Assembly (NCBI GenBank): GCA_040954595.2
Contig: CM082598.2
Coordinates: 1,302,001 to 1,366,000, forward strand
Reading direction: 5' to 3'
DNA: 64,000 nucleotides
Source of the DNA: Balanoglossus misakiensis
Lineage: Eukaryota > Animalia > Hemichordata
A model generated the notes under the pieces. It was not told the origin of the DNA. It worked only from the letters and a program-made list of their open reading frames with translations, and searched no databases. Position 1 is the first letter of the stretch. Each line of letters starts with the position of its first letter. Shown piece by piece: positions 52,301 to 63,991 of this stretch. Both the position numbers and the translations under genes were made by a program.

Positions 52301-52921
52301 ACCAGCAGTTTTCTTTTGCCATCAAAAATAGGAGTAACATTGAGCAGTTATCAAATGACAACAACGTCCTGCCAGTCGGCATCCCTCAGAGCAATTAGCC
52401 GATGGTGATGTAATGTAATGGTGAAGGCCTAGGGCACGGTGCGCCTCGTCGGGCGATCGTGAATATTTCATGAAATTCATTTTATTTATATAAAAAATAC
52501 AATAACAACGGATATATTTGTGAAAATAAGCTCCTCTTTCATCGAATAACCAGAATAGTTCATCAAAGAATTCGAAGTGAGTCATGTTATTATTTTGCTC
52601 TTTGGAATTGGAGATGCGGTGAATTAATTCATCTGACATCAAAAGCAGGTAGAAATCGTGAGCTGAATTATTAAGGGAAGCGTTTGAAAGAAGCAGTCAA
52701 CATGTGTTGATCGTACTGAAAGGGGTATTGTCGAATAAGCCAGATTTTTACCTGTTAACCGATCGCCGGTCAATAAAAACGATTGCCGGTAACGTGCATA
52801 TCATTACTGGGAGGAGGACGACTTACCATGCTATGTGGATGAAAAGAGCGAACGCCGCCGATACAATCAGATCGTCGCTCCCTACTGCCCATCGACGGCG
52901 GAACGCCACTAACCCCGGCAT
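30832..52921 (-). CDS. DAGLA: Diacylglycerol lipase alpha (2-AG synthesising lipase)
   Basis: Exons 52921-52827 ([18 protein letters not shown]), 41144-40933, 40590-40489, 40132-39970, 38827-38743, 38495-38283, 38093-37969, 37684-37549 (or to 37198), 36393-36232, 36101-36021, 35891-35749 (GHSLG nucleophile), 35369-35228 (GKDIV), 35069-34855 (LYPPGKIIH), 34746-34617 (MVNDHLP), 34205-33404, 31094-30832. Four N-terminal TMs, a lipase-3 core and a long C-tail typical of alpha. Confidence 0.93.
31152..31325. mobile_element. Tc1/pogo-like MITE fragment (CAGT(T/A)AAACCTGTC terminus)
   Basis: Shares its terminal motif with 39781-39865 and 56123-56200 (TACAGTTAAACCTGTC), and GGACA/CACCT internal sub-repeats mainly with the latter. 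Confidence 0.5.
31646..31732. mobile_element. Palindromic (hairpin) element with TAGCCT...AGGCTA ends, probable MITE
   Basis: Nested inverted repeats CCAGTGTGTTTTA/TAAAACACACTGG and GATAGAC/GTCTATC. Confidence 0.5.
38521..38690. repeat. 60-bp-period minisatellite, about 2.7 diverged copies, DAGLA intron
   Basis: AACAAGATGTCT...TAGTGTTTCCATGGTA recurs at 60-nt spacing. Confidence 0.75.
38892..38984. mobile_element. 85-bp piggyBac-like MITE (TTAA-CCCTTTCACC...GGTGAAAGGG-GTAA)
   Basis: Second 85-bp copy in the opposite orientation at 43116-43200; partial copies at ~39885-39944, ~58053-58090 and ~59850-59895. Confidence 0.7.
39781..39944. mobile_element. Adjacent or nested MITE fragments (pogo-like terminus abutting a truncated piggyBac-like MITE)
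   Basis: TACAGTTAAACCTGTC at 39783; GGTGAAAGGG-TTAA at 39931-39944. Confidence 0.5.
40296..40340. repeat. (TCAA)n microsatellite (similar tracts at 41168-41195 and 44320-44345; (CACT)n at 40736-40769)
   Basis: Directly visible. Confidence 0.9.
43116..43204. mobile_element. 85-bp piggyBac-like MITE, second copy
   Basis: CCTTTCACC...GGTGAAAGGG-TCAA; reverse-orientation homolog of 38896-38980. Confidence 0.65.
48466..48489. repeat. poly-C tract (about 24 nt)
   Basis: Directly visible. Confidence 0.9.
49830..49903. promoter_or_regulatory. Promoter-like palindrome cluster inside DAGLA intron 1 (NRF-1, two E-boxes, AP-1, 26-bp perfect palindrome)
   Basis: AGTGCGCATGCGCACT 49830-49845; GTCACGTG 49847-49854; TGACTCA 49869-49875; TCACGTGA 49873-49880; TGACTTTCTGTCCGGACAGAAAGTCA 49878-49903. 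Confidence 0.55.
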
Positions 52922-53667
52922 TTTGTTGTTTTCCCCCTAAACTCCACAAGATCGGCAGAACAAAACTACGATCTGAGGCCGTCACAAGTCCCGCATATCC
53001 ATCTGTGGTGCCTGCATAGCCGTGACCGATCGCGAAGCACCAGATAATCCACTTACATCAGTAAGCAATGCGCGTACGTACGATCGCTCAATCCATTTCA
53101 TCGACTGGATGTATATTTCACATACAGCCAATGAAACTAACAAACAGAAGTCATTTACAGACCATATTTTCGCCAGGTACTTGCAATCAGTATCGTATAA
53201 ACCATGATTAAACGGGAAAATATATCTGTAAAATGACAGGGGCGGCTTTAAGATTAGCGGCCAACTCTAAGAAGGGGGTGACTTAATTAACTTTTAACTC
53301 ATTAACGTACTCTGTCACTTGTGTGATGAAATGTTGTACTTAAAATGCACAGCTACTTTAATATTAATCTTTGCGGCGTTATTTGGAAAACTGAGTGGAT
53401 TTTTTAATAAGGGCGTCCATAGCAACCCGATATTTAACGTAACGCTTTTGTTTTACGTTCCTATGTGGCTATTGTTATGTAAAACATAGTTAAAACTTCA
53501 CCTCAAGATTTAGGTGAGCGCATGCGTATTACCTCATATGTCCCTTTCGCCATGTTTTGATCTGTTCTGTGTACAGTAGATTGATTATGAGTTAGTGGTG
53601 TCTTTGCAGGAATTGACGGTAAACAATTGTGCAGAAGATCGCCGGTGTGGAGAATACATTAAAGCTG
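52922..53667. promoter_or_regulatory. Head-to-head DAGLA/EXT2 promoter region
   Basis: NRF-1-type GCGCATGCG ~53518-53526, YY1-type CGCCATGTT ~53548, GC box GGGGCGG ~53239. A probable EXT2 non-coding exon ends at 53667|GTATGT. Confidence 0.5.
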
Positions 53668-54253
53668 GTATGTTGTAGTTACGTGTTTACAGTTTATAGT
53701 CGTCGATGAAACCCTGCATCACTGTTTGTTTATGACGAAGTGTCGAGATGTTGTTGTGTTTATGATTCTCTCCCTGATGCCGGACAGTTTTAAAGTGGGA
53801 TAGCGCAGAGGTCTGGCCAAGACTTAAGGATCTTACAATGTAGATACTAGTAAAGCCCCTGCCAGTGTAACTGCCTGTTTCATGATATGCTTAAGTTGTC
53901 ATAGAAATACGACCACACTATCAGCATAAGTTACAGACCCATGATCAAAATAGTCATCGTTTCATGATCCATAAAGGCATTTCCGGAAATGGTTACATCA
54001 GGGAACGGTTGGAACCGGAAGTTTTAACTTATGTGCACATTTCGTGTCTTGTCAGTAGTACAAAAGAAAGGAACAAACAAGAGGGGACAGAAAGGGTCTT
54101 GACATCTATGGTCTTGAAAAAATACACACCCAAAGTTGACCACAAGAATCTTATCCAAAGCATCTCTCTCCTTCTTGTTACAGATATGTTGCCAATGTAG
54201 ACTGTATGTGGGTTTTTTTCATATCTGTGTTTGAAGATATAAAGTCTCTCAGT

Positions 54254-57200
54254 ATGTATTCCAATGGAGGCAAGAAGTCACTACGTGGACCACGCATGAA
54301 GCACAAGTATCAGACTTATTACATTGCTTTGTTTACGATGATTTTACTGGGACTTGTTGCCACGGGACTTTTCCAGTTTTGGCCACATTCCATCGAGAGT
54401 GAACAAGAAGGCCGCAGGTTTATGCTCCGGAATATTGAACAGCTTTCCGACGTCACCATCAGCACACGCCTTCCGATTCCGGAAAAGGGGGATCTCAGCT
54501 GTAGATTCCATACCTGTTTTGACGTTTACCACTGCAACTATAACATTGGACGTATCGGTGTGTATATCTACCCACTGAGGAAATATTTGGATGAGAATGG
54601 AATTGCCATTACGAATCCACTGTCCAAGGAATTCCATGAAGTCTTGACGGCCATAGCTGAGAGTCCGTTTCACACAACCGACCCGAGCAGAGCCTGTTTG
54701 TTTGTACCCTCTATTGATCTTCTGAATCAGAACTCGCTGAGGTTGCATGAAACTGCCCAGGTCTTGGCGCAACTTTCCAAGTAAGTTTACCTCTAATGCT
54801 ACTAGGTGTCATACCTGTTAGCCAGGTGGCCTGTATAGCTGGGTCAATTAAAACGCATATAAATTGCACAGGGACTTTACAAAGTGACTACTACCGGTAT
54901 AGACAAGTTTACAATAATAGCCAAAAGTTAGAGTTACTGATTGACTTTTTGTCACACCTTTGACAGATGGAATGACGGCACCAATCATCTCCTGTTCAAC
55001 ATGTTACCTGGCAGTGTTCCCGATTACAACACCGCGTTAGATGTACACCGTGGCAAAGCTGTCGTCGCGGGCGGTGGTTTCTCCAGTTGGACGTACAGAC
55101 AAGGCTATGATGTCAGTATTCCTGTCTTCAACCCACTTGTTTCACATGTGGACCTGTCAATCAAACCAGACAGGTGAGGCCTGAGAATGTGTATATTAAT
55201 CAGTACCCTTGGCAAAAGAGACCTTGAGAAATGCATGGCTGATAATATTATATGCTTAATTCATTTCACTGTAGGTCCTAATTGAGGATTTCTTCAGAAT
55301 GTGAACCACATGTGTGTAGGCATATTCAACATATAAATGTCATTATCAAAAAGTAAACATCTTCCCTGTTTCTGAATTATATTTACAGCTATGTCAGGAA
55401 ATTCATGGCTATATCGTCACAGATCGGTATACATTCTGATTTCCGAAACATCCTGAACAACATGGCATCCACAAGTGAAAATATCCTTGTTTTGGACAAA
55501 TGTCAGATTGGAAACGAAGAGTTGCCACCCATGCAGAAGATGTGTTATGGGCTTAGACAGTATGATTATCCCCATGTTTTACAGGTGAAACATGTACTGC
55601 CTGGCTGGCTGTCTTTCAGTTCTGTCTGTCTGTCTGTCTTATGTATACATGCAATGTATGTACGGATGTATATATGTGTGCATGCAAGTCTAAAAACTCA
55701 TTCAGAAACTTTCTTTTACTTTGTCAAACTTCTGGCTGTCTCTTGATGTATGTCCAGATGTGTTTATGTATGTATATATGTGCATACATACATCTGTTCA
55801 TGTGAGCAAGTCCAAAATTTCATTCAGAAACTTTCTTTTACTTTGTCGAACTTCTTTTGCTCCATCAATATCAGAAGACAAATTGATGACAAATGCCAAT
55901 TTGACTTTTTTATAGGAAGCCACATTCTGTATTGTGTTACGTGGTGCTCGGCTTGGACAGACAGCTCTCAGTGATGCTTTGAAGGCTGGCTGTATTCCGG
56001 TGGTGCTCAGTGATACTTATATTATGCCCTTCTCTGAAGTCTTAGATTGGAAGAGGTAACTGTTACGAGTGTTAAGTTCAGTTTCATTGAAAACTGGTGC
56101 ACACCACAGTGAAAGCATACAAATACAGTTAAACCTGTCATTATGGACACCTTCTAATCAGGACAATCTTGAGGACAGATTTTCTGGTCGCAGAGTCACT
56201 TATCACACTTAAGAAGAAATCTGGAGAGAATAAATCATCAATTCTTGTCTGTTTCAACACAGAGCTGCTCTTATGTTGAATGAAGAAGACTTGGAGTTGC
56301 TGCCATCAATTCTGAGAAACATTTCACCCGCTAGAATTAGCAGTATGAGAAAACAAGTCAACTTCTTCTGGAACTCCTACTTTAAATCCATGACAACCAT
56401 CACCTTGACAACCCTGAAGATCATCAACGATAGGGTGTTTCCTTACGCCTCCACTCCCTATGAAGAATGGAACGTTCCGCCACCACGTGTAAGAGTCACT
56501 GTTATATTGCTGATTTCTGTTTTGAGTAGAACTTAATTGGATATTGCAGAGAATGTTATTATGCTAGTGGTATCAGTGTGAAATTCTGAAACAGACATAA
56601 TAAGAGTGTTTGTTTTGTTTCAGAACGGAGCTACAAGTCCACTGTTTCTACCACTGATTTCTCCAAAGACACAGGGTTTCACAGCGGTCATCTTGACCTA
56701 CGACCGGGTTGAAAGTTTATTCAAAGTCATCATGGAAATCAGTAAAACGCCGAGTTTGTCCAAAGTGTTGGTGGTGTGGAACAACCAACTGAAGTCCCCA
56801 CCTCCAGGTAAATGGAATCTTCCTTGAAGAACATGAGTCTTTATTTTGTCGAATGTTTAACCAGTATGGGCTGCTTGAAACAACTGTTGAAGTTTCCTTA
56901 TAACAACCAGAAACATAATGTAGCATGTTTTTGTGTTCAGCTCCAGAATGGCCCAAAATCAACAAACCACTCAAGGTTGTGCAGACCAAAGAGAACAAAC
57001 TCAGCAATCGATTTTATCCGTACGATGAAATAGAAACCGAAGCAGTCTTAGCAATCGATGATGACATTGTCATGTTGACGCCAGATGAACTGGAGTTTGG
57101 ATTTGAGGTACGGAAAATCTTGCTTCTTTTTATAATGGAAGCAGTGTGTAATAAGAACATTGTAATTCGAATATGGAACTATGAGCACTTGTGGCTGGAT

Positions 57201-58055
57201 GCAGTTTTGCTCTTCTGTGTCAGCAAAAGATAATGAGCACACATACTCATAGTTCTATGTAAAATAGAGTAAGAGAAACCATAGGTCTAGCCCAATGTTA
57301 ACTCTTGAATAGCTCTTTGCTGGCACAGAAATTGCATTGGGGTAAAACACTTGCTCTGGTGCTAGTACATTTCCTGGTGTCTTCTCCCACTGATAAGTGT
57401 TTTTCCGTGTTTAGGTGTGGAGAGAATTCCCGGATCGACTGGTTGGATATCCGGGAAGATTGCATCTGTGGGACGAAGCAGTGGGAAAGTGGCGGTACGA
57501 GTCGGAATGGACAAGTGATATCTCCATGGTTCTCACAGGAGCTTCCTTCTACCATAAGGTGAAGATCTACGCTGTCTTAGGTTTTGTGTAGTCGTGGTTT
57601 GTGTTGCAGCTCTCGTTCAGTCAAACATGGCTTCTCTGCTGTTACATCATGTATTATGATTTTCATTTTGTTTACTCTCTCTCTCTCTCTCTCTCTGTCT
57701 GCAGTATTTCAGTCATGTGTACACCAATGAAATGCCAGGTAACATCAAATCATGGGTTGACGAACACATGAACTGCGAGGACATCGCTATGAACTTCATC
57801 ATTTCCAACTACACCGGCAAACCCCCGATAAAAGTCACACCCCGGAAGAAATTCAAATGCCCCGAATGTACTGGCGATCAGGTGATCTCAGCTGACCAAT
57901 CACACATGGTGGAGAGATCGGACTGTATCACCAGGTTTGCGGAAATTTACGGCACCATGTCGCTGAAAACGGTGGAATTCCGGGCTGATCCGGTGCTCTA
58001 CAAAGACCCATTCCCGGAAGAACTGAAAAGATTTAAAGACATTGGAAGCCTCTAA
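54254..58055 (+). CDS. EXT2: Exostosin-2, heparan sulfate co-polymerase (GT47 + GT64)
   Basis: Exons 54254-54780, 54967-55173, 55389-55584, 55916-56055, 56263-56488, 56624-56807, 56941-57107, 57415-57558, 57705-58055. EXT2-specific N-terminus [19 protein letters not shown]; [15 protein letters not shown]; AIDDD; NCEDIAMNF; RADPVLYKD. Confidence 0.96.
55640..55855. repeat. Tandem duplication (about 122-nt period) in EXT2 intron
   Basis: TCATTCAGAAACTTTCTTTTACTTTGTC occurs at ~55698 and ~55820 with similar flanks. Confidence 0.7.
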
Positions 58056-58731
58056 CCATATCACAACCATGGTTTAGTCCAAACTCTGTTGACCACGTCT
58101 GGTTTCTGATGTTTCACTAGAGACAAATCCAGCAATACATAGATCGCAGTCTAGAGTTAGAAATTTCTCACTCGACATCATGGTTTGAAATTTTACATGT
58201 GCTGCAATATTGAAATACAGCTTTCCTATTGTATAACAAATCATGGACATGTTAGATTCCAGCTCTGCAGGTTTTTTTTTACAACATATAGAAAGATTAT
58301 TTTCAGTATTAATGATAATGTGAATTTATTATACTTTGATATTATTTTGTACACCTCAAAATCTTCGAGAAATTAATGATGGTTTAATGATATTAAACGT
58401 CTCATTGGTACAAATATACCATTCATGAGAAGTCAACTCAAATATATACATGTATACAACTTCATATTTATTCTCAAACTTTTTATATATTGTCTGTTTA
58501 GTTTCGTTTCTCAATTAATCTTTTTCTAGTTTTCACTCTGTGTGATTGTAACCAATCTTCAATGATAATTCTTTCGATACAGTCAATAAAACAATTTTTA
58601 TAAGTTAAAACTTCTACGTGTTTTGTTATTACATTGCTGTGGGTGTGAAATCTGTTTCTGATTGGCGATGTCTAGAGTTCTATAAAGTTCCCGGATCATG
58701 TGAAATTACTCCTGGTGCCAAACACATTTTA

Positions 58732-61504
58732 TCATCTTCTGATTCCTATGATGGCATGGCAACGAGGTGATATTACAGGATCAAAGATTTGGACAAGATG
58801 AGCAGATTCTACATCCTCCTGTGAAGAAAAAAAAATTGAAAACCATGCGTAAAGAACCTTAGTGATGACAAACCATATGTCTAAGTGCCCCTGGAAAGAA
58901 TTTGAGACAAGTGTGCATGCCATGAGTACATAATTTATCATGAGTTCCTTTGCACAATCTCTTTGATTGCTTGAATGGTGTATGAATATCAGCCTACCTG
59001 TTCAAGTAAGTAGCAGAGTCTATCCAGGAGAATCAAGTCTTCAATCACTGGTGCTAAGACCGACCTGAATTGAACAAAACACTGCAGGGATCTCTCACGT
59101 TTGGAATACTTCTCATCATATTTGTTGATTTCTTCATCTGAAAGCTTAATTGAAGAACAGAAATGAAAACACTGGTTAAGATGGAAAAGAGATTTTCACA
59201 ATAACATGTGGGAAAATCTAGTGATGATTTGATCCCTGTTTGTAATAGGTTCAACCCCGCCATTCAAAAACAAAGTCAAGGAAACAAGACATGATTTCCA
59301 ATGCAATGTAGTTACCTTTGTCTCGTCCAGTTTTAGTTTCTTTAGTGCTTTTCTGACATATTCAAGGAAAGTTTTACTTTTTGCTGCAACTTTTCCAACA
59401 CGCTGATCACTGAAAAAAAAATAAAAAAAATTTAATCACAGTAAAAGTAAGCACAAAGAACATACTGATGTGTGTCACTGTCAATTCAATTTCCTTCAGT
59501 CAAATTATCAGAGCTGCGTAGATATTCAAAATAATTCTTGTACTCACCTGTTGAGTTGTTGATAATGGTCTTCAATGATGACTTGTAATACAGCTCTGTA
59601 GTACAGTGACTTCGATGGTAGCCTTTCTTCGGATGCTGATCTCTCAACTGACTGTAAGGAATTATGGGTAATAGCCACAGTTACATGTGTGCTTTTCATG
59701 CCAATATAAAACTGTAGTCCTACACAATCACACACTCTGTTGAATCAGTTGAGTTTATCTATTAAAAAGTCATGAATGTACATTTTGAAAGTACATGTAC
59801 TACTGCACACTGGTAGCACCTAGTGTACATTTTATTGGCTTTGTTATGGACTCTATACCAGTACATGTACAGGGACATTGGGTAGAAAGGGTTAAAATCT
59901 TACTGAGCAAGCAAGCATTCTTCCTCCTCTTCCAATCTTTGCTTCTCTTCGTCTGAGAGCACCACTCATCGGGAATTCACACTCGATATCTGAGACTTGC
60001 GAGTCGAACTTCTCCGTCAGCAGATTGTAGCAACACCCAACATTGCAGAGGACCTTTGCTGATTGGTTGCTGGTGAAAAGACGAAGGATAGAAGGTGCCA
60101 AGTCACCACAGGTGTGAAGGCCAGTCAACAGGAAAGGCTCGGCCTACAAGAAATGGAAAGAAACAATGATCAGTGAATTCAAGTAGAGGTTATATATCAT
60201 TCACCATTGAAATCTCGAAAAGCAGATCAAGTCGGAATTATGAAACGTGTTAAATTTCAAGTTGTGACAAGTTAGCATAACTTACATCCTTGTGTGTGTA
60301 GATGTCCTTATCATCATCATCACCACCGTCATCAGCATCATCATCAGGATCTTCAACACATAGCCTTGACAGTTCGGTACTAGTATCAACAAAGGCAGTC
60401 ACTGGTTTGAAAGACTTGACAGCTTCTTTACACGAGCCGTCTGTTGCACTCGAATGAGAAGTCTTCTCCTTCCTAGCTACAGCCAGTACTGGTGTAGGTT
60501 CACTGGTGGTTTGATCAGAATTTCTCTCTCCAGAATCTGTGCAAACTTCATCACCAGCAACAACTGGCATCACTTCACCACTCTGACACACACCTTCATT
60601 TCTTGAGCTCTCTCTCCTTTTCACCAACCCGGGCCAGAACTTTTGAAGCTTCCGGTTTCTTTCCAGGGCTCCGGCAGTGTTGGTTTCTGATGCATCAATG
60701 CCAAGGACATTTAATCCCTGGTGTAATGACAAATGCTGGCTGAGGTAACCTTTCCCACTTCCAATATCAATCACCTGAAAGAGAAATTCTCTGACAATGT
60801 TAATTAACTCCTTTCAACTTCTCCAGAAGAAAATAAAATGCAACATACAAATGTAATTATATTAAGATGATTTTTTGATGTATAATGTGTGCTTATCATA
60901 CCTGTTTTATTTCGTATGATATTGAAAGTTGGTTTATTGTATCTGACATCAAAACCACTTCATGAAATTTCTTTGTCTTCATCCCAAAGTCCACTGGACA
61001 ATTGTTTTCTGTAACTATGGAAACAGATCTATATACCACATCTTCAATATCGCTGATGAGTTGTTTCAGTGGAGAATGTCTTAGACAATGTCTTTGAGCT
61101 TCAGAAATAAATGTATTTAAGTCAATGGGACCGGTTTTGTTCATTTCTGCATCAGATGAAAACGTTGTAGTTGATGATGATGAAAACTTTGGTTGGTCAT
61201 TCGTTTGGTGGCGCACTTCATTGTCAACAACAACAACAGCTGTTTGCGTGTCACATTTCTGTCGATCACAACGATCGCTTTGAGGCACGCACACTTCTTT
61301 TATGGCGAGCTGGCAAAGATCCTCATCGCTCATGGAAAGCAACTCTTTCTGAATGTTATTCGGAATCAAAGACCATTGGTTTTCAGTGAAGAAACCGACC
61401 GTGTTTACATTTGCTAATGCCAGATGCGATTGTAAAAACGAATAAATGGCTTCCAGATGATTTTCTACTTCCAGCGATCGTCTCTCACATGCGATTTTTG
61501 CCAT
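58732..61504 (-). CDS. METTL25: Methyltransferase-like 25 (Methyltransf_32-type SAM-dependent MTase)
   Basis: Exons 61504-60902, 60774-60286, 60143-59904, 59651-59548, 59409-59316, 59144-58998, 58818-58732. Motifs: MKTKKFHEV, VIDIGSGKGYLS, GLHTCGDLA, NVGCCY, LYYRAVLQ, IEDLILLDRLCYL, FDPVISPRC. Confidence 0.9.
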
Positions 61505-61873
61505 TTCAGCTGCTATCAGTATATATTCTATCTGCAACTCGTCACTAAGTTTACCTGATCCTGAGAATGAGTAGAAATCAATAAAATCCTACGATACAAT
61601 CCTGACTTAAGATTCGTGACATGACCTGTAAACCTTTGACTATTTACACAATCGCAGCCTGTGTGTTCGTCAATATGTTAACATTTCACACAACTACTTA
61701 TAGTTCACAAACTTGACTAATAACGTTTTCTTAATGTTTAAATAGTTCTCTTGTCATATAACATTTCCAATGACAGTTCCCTAAAACATGCCAGAGTCGC
61801 ATTTTGGGCTGGAAGTTGAAATCTTCTCCGGGATTCTCAGCGAAAGAGCGCGAGGCTGCGTACGCGTCCGATA

Positions 61874-63991
61874 ATGGGGAAATCACGCAAAACTGTTAAA
61901 ATATCTATAGGTTGGTACTATTTTATATTACTTAAGTGCTGGAACTGGCACTGTATCCATCCAAAAAGGTGTTTTCTTTCAGTAGTTGGTTGAAAAAATA
62001 CTGGAATTTAGCGGACTTGGCGTTGACGCGGAGCTGGGACGCATTCCCAGGATCTGTACATTGGCCCAGCGTCCGTACACTTTACTGATTGATTCCATTG
62101 CTAATTTGAGTGTTTATAGATATAGTTACATATAATATTCTGTAAATGAATATAGGTGAACGGCTTTCATATAATTTCGAGTGTTTTGGGTCAAGGACAA
62201 GGAGAAATGACTACAGCCCTCTAGTGGCCGACTTTCAGTACAGTTACAGCCTATTTCCGTCCAGTATTTTAAATGAGCTTGTTAGACGCACACAGTACAA
62301 AGGTCGTCCGTAGAACATGAATAATTGATCGCTTCTTATCTTTACTCTTGCTGAGATATTTTTTATTAAAAATAAATTAATCCATTGAGGTTTATAAATG
62401 TTTAATTTTTTTCTAGCCTACAGTGACTGTAAAGAAAGAATAGGGCCTACTTGAAAATATTAAGTGCAAAGAAATTTATAAAGTTCTTCGTTATGGATGA
62501 AGGGAAAATGTTTTTGTGTTTTCTTGTTATGCTTTCCCAGCTAAAAGGAAGAAAGCGGATACCACATCTAAAAGCAGGGAAGAATGTCTTGAAGGAGCAG
62601 TCAGAGATGTCCGGGAAAAGAAACTTTCCTTGAGGAAAGCAGCATTAAAATGGGGAGTGAAGAAAACAACAATCGGCGACCGAGTGAGCGGAAGGGTGGC
62701 TATGGGTCGGAGAAGTGGACCTGCACCGATATTAAATTCTCAGGAGGAACAGAAATTAACCAGTTGGTTGATCAATATGGCTGGTAGGGGGCTGGTTGTC
62801 AGCAAGGTGCAATTGTTACGCTGTGTGAAAAAGATTCTTGACAAGGATGGTCGAGAGAACCCCCTGATGTACAAAGACACTCCTAATTTGCCAGGAGACA
62901 AGTGGTATCGACAGTTTATCGCCAGAAATCCTGACGCGAAAGCTGTAATGCCGGGAAGAATAAGTTCCAAAGTTACCCAAGTTTCTACAGCTGAGATTAA
63001 TTTGCTTCTTCAAGACTTTGAAAAGAAGCTGCTTAAAGACGTCATAATTAATAAGCCCATCATGCCACAGATAATACTTGTGAATTCTGTTATTAAATGG
63101 TAGGTTATAATCAAATCCTGGAAAACCAATTTATCTTAATGAAGCGATCACAGTCTACTCATATGAAAATGTTCAATCATTGACATTGATATGTGTGTGT
63201 TCAGTTTGCCTTGTTTGCATCAGCTAGAATCGTTTGTGAACGTGCCAGATGTTCTCTGCTTTTCCTGAAGGTATCGGAGATGTCCAATCAGACCGCCAGA
63301 TACATTTCCTCTGCCAGTAAACAAGGAGTTCGGGAATCGACACGACAAGTACGGCTTGGTGGTGTGTTTGCCAGAGTTGAAAGACATTCCGGAAGACCAA
63401 CACAACTTGATACTTGACGGCAAGAGGCAGCTCAAGTTGTTCCAAGTCGCCGGAATCTCGATTGGAGAGGTGCCATTCAACTTGAATGAAGTCTTGTACA
63501 AGTGCATGTTTGAATTGTCTGCTCAGGTCACGTGGTAAGACACTGTTAGTTCTTGATCTTACACACCTTGAATTTGATTTTGTACATACACTGTAGGCCA
63601 GTGTGACTTGAAAACAGTTCTCTTGTTATACAAGAGGGATTTTTTTTTTTTGGGGGGGGGGGGCATTTTGGGTATGATTGAAACTATTTCAGCACCTTAT
63701 CCATTTGTGTGTTCGTAATCATTTATGCATTGTTGAAAATGTGAGAGTTTTACATGGTCCAGCATGCTTTCTAATGTCGCTGTGACCTGGTTATTTTCCA
63801 GTTGTGTGACGGGAAATCCCAAACCAGATTTTCCACCATGGAAAGCACCTGATGAAGAAGATGGTGGAATTGTCCTTCCGGCTGACTACCAAATCTTTGT
63901 TTGTGAAGAGAATTACAATGCTGCTAAGAATCTTGTGGCAGAGGTCATTGAAAAAGTTCAGTCTCCATCACTGGAAATTGTATTTCAGTGA
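61874..63991 (+). CDS. HTH-psq + CENP-B/Tc5-type HTH protein with C-terminal HIRAN-like domain (no DDE domain)
   Basis: Exons 61874-61910 (MGKSRKTVKISI, phase 1; least certain), 62541-63099, 63271-63534, 63802-63991 in phase. Motifs: LSLRKAALKWGVKKTTIGDRVSGR; LNSQEEQKLTSWL...PGDKWYRQFIARNP; EFGNRHDKYGLVV...IGEVP...GGIVLPADY. Confidence 0.75.
62216..62228 (-). promoter_or_regulatory. CTCF-consensus-like site
   Basis: Minus strand reads GCCACTAGAGGGC, matching the CTCF core CCASYAGRKGGC. Confidence 0.4.

Noticed and set aside
62516-63103. Autonomous pogo/Tigger transposon
   Set aside because: No DDE domain or TIRs are visible; the ORF is an internal exon that splices to non-transposase exons.
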